From Bacteroidales bacterium (lineage in GTDB: Bacteria > Bacteroidota > Bacteroidia > Bacteroidales > UBA7960), in NCBI GenBank assembly GCA_007129945.1, contig SKUN01000022.1, positions 1 to 51,270 of the forward strand: 51,270 nucleotides of DNA, given 5' to 3'. Both the position numbers and the translations under genes were made by a program. Below the pieces are notes generated by a model. The model was not told the origin of the DNA, did no database searches, and was given only the letters and a program-made list of their open reading frames with translations. Below, piece after piece: positions 26,901-33,859 of the stretch; position 1 is the first letter of the stretch; each line of letters begins with the position of its first letter.

Positions 26901-27224
26901 CTGTTCTTCCTGAAGCGGGGTGATCCCCTCCTTTTTCCCGTCTTCCATGATTTGGGTGAGCAGTGCCCGGCCTTTTTTTTGGCTGGCCTCTTTGCCGGGG
27001 TGTGCGTCTTTCTCCGGAGTCGGGTTCTCTCCCAATGCGGCCACCAGTCCCAGACCTTCAATAATCCTTTCTTTCATTTCTGCTGCAGCAGCGTTGGTAA
27101 AGGTGATGGCCAGGATGTGCCGCACTGCACCGGGGTTATTCAATACGATCTTGAGGTACTCCTTTACCAGGGTGTAGGTCTTGCCGCTTCCGGCCGACGA
27201 CTTGTAAACGTGAAAATTTTGCAT
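23967..27224 (-). CDS. AddA/RecB-like UvrD-family helicase fused to a C-terminal PD-(D/E)XK nuclease
   Basis: 1085 aa. Walker A motif SSAGSGKTYTL at the N-terminus, UvrD/Rep motifs (..MIDEFQDTS.., ..VGDGKQAIYRFRNGD.., ..TVHKSKGLQFP..) and a C-terminal nuclease motif (..RPDRVVFLENETVILDYKTGKA..). Confidence 0.85.
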   Translation of the reverse strand: MQNFHVYKSSAGSGKTYTLVKEYLKIVLNNPGAVRHILAITFTNAAAAEMKERIIEGLGLVAALGENPTPEKDAHPGKEASQKKGRALLTQIMEDGKKEGITPLQEEQLIRNAKLVLKKILHQYSDFSVSTIDSFVHRVIRTFAFDLRIPLHFEVSLDAEALLKQAVDLLINQVGRDKKLTALLVTYIVSQADDEQDVRIEQHITRLAKTLTDEESSRYIEQLKEVEMQDFQQLAGKLKGQVKAFEEKVAREAGAALELIHRQELPPEAFYRGKNGIYSYFRHLAGGNIREKIRPGSYVKTTIDEDKWLSGKCTAAQKECITAIKGELIQYFERIQSLAEESLETYLNRQAVLRSIFPLAVLNEVEKMLEEIKTDNILLHISDFNKRIAAIITEQPVPFIYERLGERYRHYMIDEFQDTSMLQWQNLLPLVENSLSSGHMSLVVGDGKQAIYRFRNGDVEQFANLPALTGELRKISKPEWEVTLQNNYREISLDTNWRSAREIVGFNNAFFQFTRKQLPEDMQGIYKEVKQEARPDKEEGHVSIRFMEGANKKELQENTLREIPGIIRHCREAGHPLQDITILCRANEEASMVARMLLTENIPVISPDSLLLSYSPEVNFFLSIITLLDNPADPVAAAEMVTFLHQGGHITTPPALHECLREAGLSGKKSTGGSSLLPGLEKLMHANGIDFSFRVFEHQNIYDTCETILRHFFAGDASPNPFVAYFTDAVYDFSEKHMLSYADFLEWWEENQQKYSIVIPEGTEAVRVMTVHKSKGLQFPVVIHPFAVQRPDKLTRKGFWTGGVSASVPELPAVWLEMSKAALAGTPYEGEWEKEKEKTFLDMLNATYVAFTRSSEKLFILSGKEANNYKPDSVNGMLHDFLVSKGLWDDEKACYHFGTFGPSAGKVAPPEPEMDYFRRLMSEQWTRALRIRSHQAERSSLLEGADPLERGNLLHRAMEMIDSHNDVEEVLGQMVANGEIDSSKQAEWKEKIGQILSDPLLAPCFSPGVRARKEAGLFDEDGTFYRPDRVVFLENETVILDYKTGKAYQKHRQQMEGYARILQSMGYPDVKKLLVYLDKGVAEVV

Positions 27225-27285
27225 ATCCCGGTTTTGAAAATAAAGTTACATTTTCTTATTATATTTAGCCACTAAATTGACAGGT

Positions 27286-28125
27286 ATGAGCGAAAAGATT
27301 CTGGTTGAAAAATACTCTGGCGAAAAGGAAGTCTTTGACCCGGAGAAACTTCGCGCCTCCCTGCAGCGCTCCGGGGCTTCCCCGCAATTGACAGGCAAGG
27401 TTGAGGATGCCCTTGAGGCCTATCTCAAGGACGGCATCACCACCAAAGAAATTTACCGCAGGGCGTTTCAGCTGCTGCGAAAGTTCCAGCGATCAACGGC
27501 TGCGCGCTACAGCCTGAAAAAAGCCATCATGGAACTGGGCCCTTCCGGCTATCCCTTCGAGCATTTTGTGGGTGCGGTTATTGAAAACATGGGCTACAGC
27601 GTTGAGGTAGGGAAGCAGGTGAGGGGGCAATGCGTGGAACACGAGGTGGATGTGGTGGCCCACAACGACCACCAGCAGTTTATGGTGGAATGTAAGTATT
27701 ACAACAGCCAGGGAAAGCAGTGCAATGTAAAGGTGCCCCTCTATATTCATGCCCGTTTCCAGGACATTGAAAAGCGGTGGAAATCCACCCCCGGGCTGGA
27801 AAACAGAACTTTTCACGGCTGGGTGGTGACCAATACCCGGTTTACCAAAGATGCCATGGATTACGGTAGGTGTATCGGACTGAGGATGGTGAGCTGGGAC
27901 TATCCCAGAAAAGAAAGCCTGAAAGACATGGTGGAACAAACGGGTCTTTTTCCGGTTACGGTGCTTACGTTGCTCAATCGCAAACAGAAACAGGGTTTGC
28001 TGGATAAAGAGGTCGTTCTGTGCAGGCAACTGCTGGAAAAGCCCGGGATACTGAACACCCTGGGACTTAAAGGAAATAAAATTGACAAGGTGCTGGATGA
28101 GGCACGTGCGCTGGTTGAGGCATAA
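27286..28125 (+). CDS. ATP-cone domain fused to an Mrr-type (PD-(D/E)XK) restriction-endonuclease domain, with a helical C-terminal tail
   Basis: The N-terminal ~85 aa match the ATP-cone pattern (ILVEKYSGEKEVFDPEKL..SL....GITTKEIY..AF..L). The nuclease core is ..FEHFVGAVIENMGYSV..EHEVDVVAH..QFMVECKYY..GWVVTNTRFTKDA... The start is ATG 27286; the track ORF starts at TTG 27277. Confidence 0.75.
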   Translation: MSEKILVEKYSGEKEVFDPEKLRASLQRSGASPQLTGKVEDALEAYLKDGITTKEIYRRAFQLLRKFQRSTAARYSLKKAIMELGPSGYPFEHFVGAVIENMGYSVEVGKQVRGQCVEHEVDVVAHNDHQQFMVECKYYNSQGKQCNVKVPLYIHARFQDIEKRWKSTPGLENRTFHGWVVTNTRFTKDAMDYGRCIGLRMVSWDYPRKESLKDMVEQTGLFPVTVLTLLNRKQKQGLLDKEVVLCRQLLEKPGILNTLGLKGNKIDKVLDEARALVEA

Positions 28126-28158
28126 GTGCGCTTTCGCATCCCAAAAAAACGAAAAAAG

Positions 28159-30021
28159 ATGAAAAAGAAGAGATTGTTGTTCATTGTATTGTGCTTGTTA
28201 ATTGTGCTCACCGGCTACGGGCTGCCCCTGCAGGCACAGGAAGCACCTGAGCGGGTGGAACCCCCGTTCTGGTGGACGGACATGGTTCACACCGAATTGC
28301 AGATCATGGTCTATGCGGACCAAATCGGGGCCACCAGGGTGGACATTGACTACCCGGGGGTACACATCAGGGAGGTGGTGGCTGTGGAAAGTCCCAATTA
28401 CCTGTTTATTTATCTGGATATCAGCGATGCCAGGCCGGGTGACCTGCCTATCCGGTTCATGGCTGAAGGGGAGGAAGTATATACCTATAATTACGAGCTG
28501 AGGGAACGTGACCCTGACGCCTATTACCGCGAGGGGGTGAATGCGTCGGATGCGATGTACCTGCTTATGCCGGACCGTTTTGCCAACGGCGACCCTTCGC
28601 TGGATGACCAGCCCGGGATGCTGGAGCGGGCAGACCGAAGCGATCCGGACGGACGCCATGGGGGCGACATTCCGGGAATTATCAACAACCTGGATTACAT
28701 TGCCGGGATGGGATTTACCGCCATGTGGCTGAATCCGGTGCTGGAAAATGACCAGCCAAGATACAGCTACCACGGGTATGCGACCACCGATTACTACAAG
28801 ATCGACCCCCGGTACGGTACCAACGAAGATTACCGGCGCATGGTCCGGGAAGCGGAAGAAATGGGGATTAAGACCGTGAAGGATATTATCCTGAACCATT
28901 GCGGTCATTACCACTGGTGGATGGAGGATTTGCCTTCACCCGACTGGCTCAACCAGTGGGATGAGTTTACCCGCACCACCTACCGGATGACCACCATTGT
29001 GGATCCGCATGGCTCCCGCCATGACTATGAGCGAATGGTTGATGGCTGGTTCGATACCAACATGCCCGATCTGAACCAGCGCAACCGTCTGCTGGCCCGC
29101 TACCTGAAACAAAACAGCGTGTGGTGGATTGAATACGCCGGGATTCACGCCATCCGGATGGATACCCAGCCTTATGCCGATCGCTTTTTTATGTCGGACT
29201 GGGCGCATTATGTGCGGAATGAATATCCGAACTTCAATATTATCGGGGAGGCCTGGTCGGGTGTGCCGGCCATAACAAGTTATTACCAGGGCGGGGTCGA
29301 CAACCATGACGGCTATGACTCCAATTTCCCCTCCCTTTTTGACTTCTCGCTGTACGATGCCATCGGTCAGGCCTTCAATGAAGAGCAGGGCTGGGGCTCC
29401 GGGATGATGCGACTGTATAACAGCCTGGCCCAGGACTTTCTTTATTCCGACCCTTACAGCCTGGTGGTATTTGGCAGCAATCACGATACGGACCGCTTTT
29501 TTACACGGGTGGATGAAGATATTGACAAACTGGAGATGGCCCTGACCTTTATATATACTACCAGGGGAATGCCGCAGGTATATACGGGTACGGAGTTATT
29601 GAAAACGGCCTGGGAACATGATGGCCATGGAGAAATGCGCTCCGATTTTCCGGGTGGCTGGCCGGACGATCCGGTTAACAAATTTACCCGTGAAGGACGT
29701 ACCCCTGATCAGAATCGGATGGTGGACCACATCACTGCCCTGGGTGAATTCAGAAAGAACAACCCGGTGCTGCATTACGGCTGGTTGCTTCATTTTGTGC
29801 CCGAGGACAATGTGTATGTGTACTTCCGCTATGATGAAACGGACACCATCATGGTAATCCTCAACAACAATGACGAAGAATACCAGCTGGACATGGAGCG
29901 GTTTGAAGAAGGCTGGGCCCGTTATTCCGGGGCTAAGGAGGTGTTTACCGGCAGGGAGCGCAGCGGGTTTGACAACTGGGATCTTCCCGCCAACTCTGCC
30001 AGTGTGTACCGGCTGAGGTAG
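28159..30021 (+). CDS. Secreted GH13 alpha-amylase-family enzyme (cyclomaltodextrinase/neopullulanase-like)
   Basis: Signal peptide MKKKRLLFIVLCLLIVLTG..LQAQE. GH13 regions I-IV are recognisable (DIILNHCG; GIHAIRMDT; IIGEAW; FGSNHD). The start is trimmed from 28126 to ATG 28159. Confidence 0.88.
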   Translation: MKKKRLLFIVLCLLIVLTGYGLPLQAQEAPERVEPPFWWTDMVHTELQIMVYADQIGATRVDIDYPGVHIREVVAVESPNYLFIYLDISDARPGDLPIRFMAEGEEVYTYNYELRERDPDAYYREGVNASDAMYLLMPDRFANGDPSLDDQPGMLERADRSDPDGRHGGDIPGIINNLDYIAGMGFTAMWLNPVLENDQPRYSYHGYATTDYYKIDPRYGTNEDYRRMVREAEEMGIKTVKDIILNHCGHYHWWMEDLPSPDWLNQWDEFTRTTYRMTTIVDPHGSRHDYERMVDGWFDTNMPDLNQRNRLLARYLKQNSVWWIEYAGIHAIRMDTQPYADRFFMSDWAHYVRNEYPNFNIIGEAWSGVPAITSYYQGGVDNHDGYDSNFPSLFDFSLYDAIGQAFNEEQGWGSGMMRLYNSLAQDFLYSDPYSLVVFGSNHDTDRFFTRVDEDIDKLEMALTFIYTTRGMPQVYTGTELLKTAWEHDGHGEMRSDFPGGWPDDPVNKFTREGRTPDQNRMVDHITALGEFRKNNPVLHYGWLLHFVPEDNVYVYFRYDETDTIMVILNNNDEEYQLDMERFEEGWARYSGAKEVFTGRERSGFDNWDLPANSASVYRLR

Positions 30022-30115
30022 TGGTGATGGCTGGCGTGCCCCGGCTTTTGTAGTGGTGGTCGATGTGTCCCGGTTCAGGAAGTGGACTTGATGTACGTGC
30101 CTCTCCGGGTGCGGC
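30018..30115. repeat. Three degenerate ~32-nt direct repeats (GTAGTGGTG..GATG..GTSCCCGG)
   Basis: GTAGTGGTGATGGCTGGCGTGCCCCGGCTTTT / GTAGTGGTGGTCGATGTGTCCCGGTTCAGGAA / GTGGACTTGATGTACGTGCCTCTCCGGGTGCGGC. They start at the amylase stop codon. Confidence 0.4.
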
Positions 30116-30170
30116 ACTGGCTGTGATTTGATTACGTGTCAAGAGGATAACTGATGTAAATACAAGCTGA

Positions 30171-30875
30171 ATGCAAACCCTTTCGGTGATTATCCCCGCC
30201 TATAACGAAGCCGCAACCATTCGTGCCATCCTGGAGCGTGTGCTGGATGCTCCCCTTGAAGGCTTCAAAAAGGAGGTGGTTATTGTCAATGACGACAGCA
30301 AAGATGATACGGTGGCCATCGTGAACCGGTTTATGAAGGACCACCCGGAAGCCACCATCCGGTTGTACCATCAGCCGGGCAACAGGGGGAAAGGGGCGGC
30401 CCTGCACAGAGGCATCCGCGAAGCAACCGGAGATTACCTGGTCATTCAGGATGCGGACCTGGAATATGATCCGCGGGAATATGACCGCCTGCTTCAGCCT
30501 GTCAGGGAAGGGAATGCCGACGTGGTTTACGGTTCCCGTTTTACCGGGGCCTATCCCAGGCGTGTGATGTTTTTCTGGCATACAGCCGGCAACAAAATCC
30601 TCACGTGTTGTTCCAACCTGTTCACCAACCTGAACCTGACCGACATGGAAACCTGCTACAAGCTCTTCCGTGCCGATCTGATCAAAGGGCTCAGCCTGAA
30701 GGAGCAGCGCTTTGGCTTTGAGCCGGAGGTGACCGCCAAAATATCCAGAATTCCCGGGGTGCGCATTTGTGAGGTAGGAATCTCCTATTACGGCAGGAAC
30801 TACGCCGATGGCAAGAAGATCGGCTGGAAAGACGGCTTGCGGGCTTTGTGGTGTATCTTGAGGTATAATTTGTAG
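30171..30875 (+). CDS. GT2 glycosyltransferase, polyprenyl-phosphate sugar synthase type (soluble DPM1/ArnC-like)
   Basis: 234 aa. [20 protein letters not shown] and [10 protein letters not shown] (DxD) blocks, with no C-terminal membrane helices. Confidence 0.82.
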   Translation: MQTLSVIIPAYNEAATIRAILERVLDAPLEGFKKEVVIVNDDSKDDTVAIVNRFMKDHPEATIRLYHQPGNRGKGAALHRGIREATGDYLVIQDADLEYDPREYDRLLQPVREGNADVVYGSRFTGAYPRRVMFFWHTAGNKILTCCSNLFTNLNLTDMETCYKLFRADLIKGLSLKEQRFGFEPEVTAKISRIPGVRICEVGISYYGRNYADGKKIGWKDGLRALWCILRYNL

Positions 30876-31125
30876 GCGCTGCGCGCCTCCAGTTGTTGGT
30901 TAGTCGGGGCTGACGCCCCTCCAGTTGTTAGTTCTCATGGGCCATGTGTTGGGGAAGCTGCCAATGGTCTGGGAAACGGGCGAGGCAGTTGTTAGTTGTT
31001 GGTTAGTTGGTTGTTGGTTCTCATGGGCCATGGAAACCACCAAACTATCAGGCGCGCAGCGCCGGAACCAACAACTAGAGGCGCTTTAGCGCCGACTAAC
31101 CGGAGAGGGCGATAGCCCTCGACTA
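30875..31125. repeat. Mosaic of GC mini-hairpins plus GTTGTTGG-type linkers, arranged as a ~250-bp imperfect palindrome (dispersed family copy)
   Basis: Hairpins lie at 30875-30887, 30906-30919, 31051-31063, 31080-31093 and 31104-31119. The linker CTCCAGTTGTTGGTTAGTCG is on the left arm and its complement on the right arm. The 19-mer GTTGTTGGTTCTCATGGGC is at 31010-31028, with a 1-mismatch copy at 30924-30942. Confidence 0.85.
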
Positions 31126-31147
31126 AGTTGAATATAAAACCATAAAA

Positions 31148-31297
31148 ATGAACAAGTTACAAGCATTTCTGGACCGTGGTTATAGCCTGCAGGCTTCAGG
31201 CTTCCAGCTTCTACCTTCTCCCTTCCACCTTCTTCCTTCGAGCTTCCAGCTTCCAGCTTCGAGCTTCTTCCTTAAAGCTTCCACCCTCCAAACTTGA
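31148..31297 (+). other. 49-codon uORF ending 3 nt before the GT-C start (MNKLQAFLDRGYSLQASGFQLLPSPFHLLPSSFQLPASSFFLKASTLQT*)
   Basis: Hand translation. The ATG is preceded by an A-rich stretch (aaccataaaaATG). The C-terminal two thirds are encoded by the pyrimidine repeat tract. Coding status is unproven. Confidence 0.2.
31189..31296 (+). repeat. Polypyrimidine tract of degenerate AGCTTCC / CCTTC heptamer-like repeats
   Basis: aggcttc aggcttcc agcttc taccttc tcccttcc accttc ttccttcg agcttcc agcttcc agcttcg agcttc ttcctt... Purines occur almost only in the AG of AGCTT. The tract ends 4 nt before ATG 31301. Confidence 0.85.
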
Positions 31298-31300
31298 CCC

Positions 31301-32749
31301 ATGACTACAAATCTTCTCCATTGGCTGAAAAAGAATGAACCTCTTGGCACAGGGGTATTGCTTGGCGGGTTGTTTTTGTTCTTCTCCTGGGTGTTGGCGG
31401 CCTCGGAAGGTTATATCGGGGATGCGGACAGCCTGACGCACTATAAGTTCTCGCGTTACTCCTGGCTGTACCCGGAGTTTTTGCTGCATCACTGGGGCAA
31501 GCCGGTGTTTACCCTTTTGTCAAGCCCTTTTGCCCAATTCGGGCATGACGGGGTTTCGTTGTTCAACCTGCTGGCAGGCATGGCAAGCGGGTGGTTTGCC
31601 TGGCTGTCGGCCCGGAGGCTGGGGTATTCAAATCGTTTGCTACTCCCTGTTCTGCTTTTCTTTGCTCCTGTATACACTTTTTTCGTGATATCCGGGCAGG
31701 TGGAGGTGTTGTTCGGCCTGTTCATTATTGCCACGGCTTATTTGTGCCTTGACAAAAAATACTTCTGGGCGGCAGTGCTGATCTCGTTCTCTCCGCTTGT
31801 GCGTACCGAAGGTATCATCATGATTCCCGTTTTCGGGTTGTTTTTCCTGGCAGCAAAGCAGTACCGGGCCATCCCCTGGCTGCTGACCGGATCGGTGGTC
31901 TACAGCATCATCGGTTATTTTCATTACAATGACTTATTCTGGCTGGTGACCCAGATGCCTTACCGGGGAACGGCCGAAGCCTATGGGACGGGCTCTCTGA
32001 CGTATTTTTTCGTAAGGGCCCCGAAAATATTCGGCTGGCTGATCTCTTTGCTGATCCTCGCCGGGACGGCGGTTGTTGTCCGGGAGTTGTTGCTGCGGCG
32101 GTCCGAATCGGCCACCAATGCTTTCCTGTTGGTATTGCTTCCTTTTGCGGTGTATTTTCTGGCCCACGTAATGATGTGGTATACGGGTATCGGCCGTTCG
32201 CTGGGCCTTCACCGCTACATGGTGTCAATCGTGCCGCTGGGGGCCCTGCTGGCCCTGAGGGGGTACAACGGCATCATCGATATGTTCAGGGTGCAGCGGC
32301 ACGGCAGCATGCTCTCCCTGCTGTTTGCTGTTTTTCTGCTGATGACGGTGGTGAGTGAGCCATTCAGCAGGCATCAGATCCCCCATGAGTTAAGCGGAAT
32401 GAACAAGGTCATGAAGGAGGCCGCGGACTTTATGCTGGAAGAAGAACTTGATCAGCATAAGGTATATTATTATGATCCGGCTTTTTTCTACTTCCTGGAC
32501 CTGAACCCCTATGATGAGACGCAGTCAAGGCCCTTTGTTTACCGGGCCGGTGAGCCCCATTACAATATTGAACCCGGCGAGATCGTGATCTGGGACGGCC
32601 ATTTTTCACCCATCCATCATCTGGCGCTCGAAGAACTCATTGAAAGCCCGCATTTTGAAACCATTAAAGTTTTTGAACCCCGGGTTCCTTTCCGGGTATT
32701 TGATACAGACTACAAGGTGGCCGTGTTTCAGAGGGTAGCCACTGACTGA
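31301..32749 (+). CDS. GT-C-fold integral membrane glycosyltransferase (ArnT/PMT-like, tentative)
   Basis: 482 aa with about 10+ hydrophobic helices. An acidic first-loop motif (GYIGDADSLTHYKFSRY) is followed by a soluble C-terminal domain. It sits downstream of a polyprenyl-P sugar synthase gene. Confidence 0.6.
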   Translation: MTTNLLHWLKKNEPLGTGVLLGGLFLFFSWVLAASEGYIGDADSLTHYKFSRYSWLYPEFLLHHWGKPVFTLLSSPFAQFGHDGVSLFNLLAGMASGWFAWLSARRLGYSNRLLLPVLLFFAPVYTFFVISGQVEVLFGLFIIATAYLCLDKKYFWAAVLISFSPLVRTEGIIMIPVFGLFFLAAKQYRAIPWLLTGSVVYSIIGYFHYNDLFWLVTQMPYRGTAEAYGTGSLTYFFVRAPKIFGWLISLLILAGTAVVVRELLLRRSESATNAFLLVLLPFAVYFLAHVMMWYTGIGRSLGLHRYMVSIVPLGALLALRGYNGIIDMFRVQRHGSMLSLLFAVFLLMTVVSEPFSRHQIPHELSGMNKVMKEAADFMLEEELDQHKVYYYDPAFFYFLDLNPYDETQSRPFVYRAGEPHYNIEPGEIVIWDGHFSPIHHLALEELIESPHFETIKVFEPRVPFRVFDTDYKVAVFQRVATD

Positions 32750-32770
32750 CCCCGCCACAGCTGCCACCGG

Positions 32771-33859
32771 TTAATCCCGGTAAAGTCGGTCATTGTGTTG
32801 CATGTCCATCCACATGGCAAAAAGCAGTGACTGGAATCCGCTGATAAACAAAAACATGAAGGCAAGGGCTGTGAGGGGGTTGACATCGATGCCCTGCAGG
32901 GCCAAACCAAGCACTTTGATTCCGTAAGGTACAGACAGAATCAGCAGCAGAAATGCAAAATGGTAAAGGATGAACAGCGGATGGAAATCCCTGAAAAGGT
33001 ACTTGGCCCATAGCCGTCTGAAAAAAGACCGGATGAGCAAGCCTGCAATCGGAAGCACCACCTTGCCGATTTTAAGCTTGGATTTTTCCCCGATGCCATA
33101 GACCGGCCTGATGTCCACCTCCTTGATGGTGCAGGAGGCGATGTTGAGCTTCACCAGCATATCGTTGGGCATGCCGTAGCGGGGGTAAATGTCATGGAGT
33201 TTGATTGCCAGCAATGCTTTCCGGGAGATGGCTGTATAGCCGGTTTGGGTGTCGGAAACTGACCAGTATCCGGAAGCCAGTTTGGTCAGGATCGTCAGGA
33301 TGGCGTTGCCGAGCAGCCGCTTTTTGGGAATCAGAAACGGGGCGCTTTTGTGTGACAGGCGGTTTCCTTTCACATAGTCAATCCCTTCCGTGACAACCGG
33401 CATACAGATCTTTTCCAGTTCCGACGGGTCCATTTGTCCGTCGCCCGCCATCACTGCGGTGCAGTCGATCCGGTTGTCTTTTGCCCATTTGTAACCCCTG
33501 GCAATGGCTGCGCCCACGCCCCCGTTCCGCTTCATGTTGATCAGGACAACTTTTTCATGGGCTTCCGTCCATACTACGTCGGCCGGGACGAACCACTGAT
33601 TTTCTTTCTCATCCAGCTCAGCCAGAATCCTGTCGGCCTTGCCGTACATGCCGTCACTGACCGATTCCGTTGGTGGGATGGGAGCCCCTGGCAGTTTGCC
33701 CATCTGCGTCATCACCACCTCTTCCGTCTGGTCATCCGAACAGTCATTGACCACGACAATGCGATCCACAAAATCGGGCATACCCTGAATGACTTGCTCA
33801 ACCTGGGTGGCTTCATTGTATGCGGGCACCACCACCGCAATGGTTTTTCCTTTAAGCAT
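32771..33859 (-). CDS. GT2 glycosyltransferase with C-terminal membrane helices (GtrB/ArnC-like polyprenyl-phosphate sugar synthase)
   Basis: IAVVVPAYNEA, VVNDCSDDQT and AGDGQMDP blocks, with two or more C-terminal TM helices. I set the start at ATG 33859, which overlaps the upstream stop as TGATG; the track ORF extends to 33886. Confidence 0.8.
   Translation of the reverse strand: MLKGKTIAVVVPAYNEATQVEQVIQGMPDFVDRIVVVNDCSDDQTEEVVMTQMGKLPGAPIPPTESVSDGMYGKADRILAELDEKENQWFVPADVVWTEAHEKVVLINMKRNGGVGAAIARGYKWAKDNRIDCTAVMAGDGQMDPSELEKICMPVVTEGIDYVKGNRLSHKSAPFLIPKKRLLGNAILTILTKLASGYWSVSDTQTGYTAISRKALLAIKLHDIYPRYGMPNDMLVKLNIASCTIKEVDIRPVYGIGEKSKLKIGKVVLPIAGLLIRSFFRRLWAKYLFRDFHPLFILYHFAFLLLILSVPYGIKVLGLALQGIDVNPLTALAFMFLFISGFQSLLFAMWMDMQHNDRLYRD

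Noticed and set aside
30950-31100. Small peptide genes inside the repeat family. Examples are the minus-strand 43-codon ORF MAHENQQPTNQQLTT... in the 30.9-31.05 kb copy and the 26-codon MDRVNQQPTTAW... at about 51143.
   Set aside because: The similar peptides simply follow from nucleotide homology of the repeats. Frames are not preserved between copies, and there are stops in all frames nearby. Orientation relative to neighbouring genes is inconsistent.
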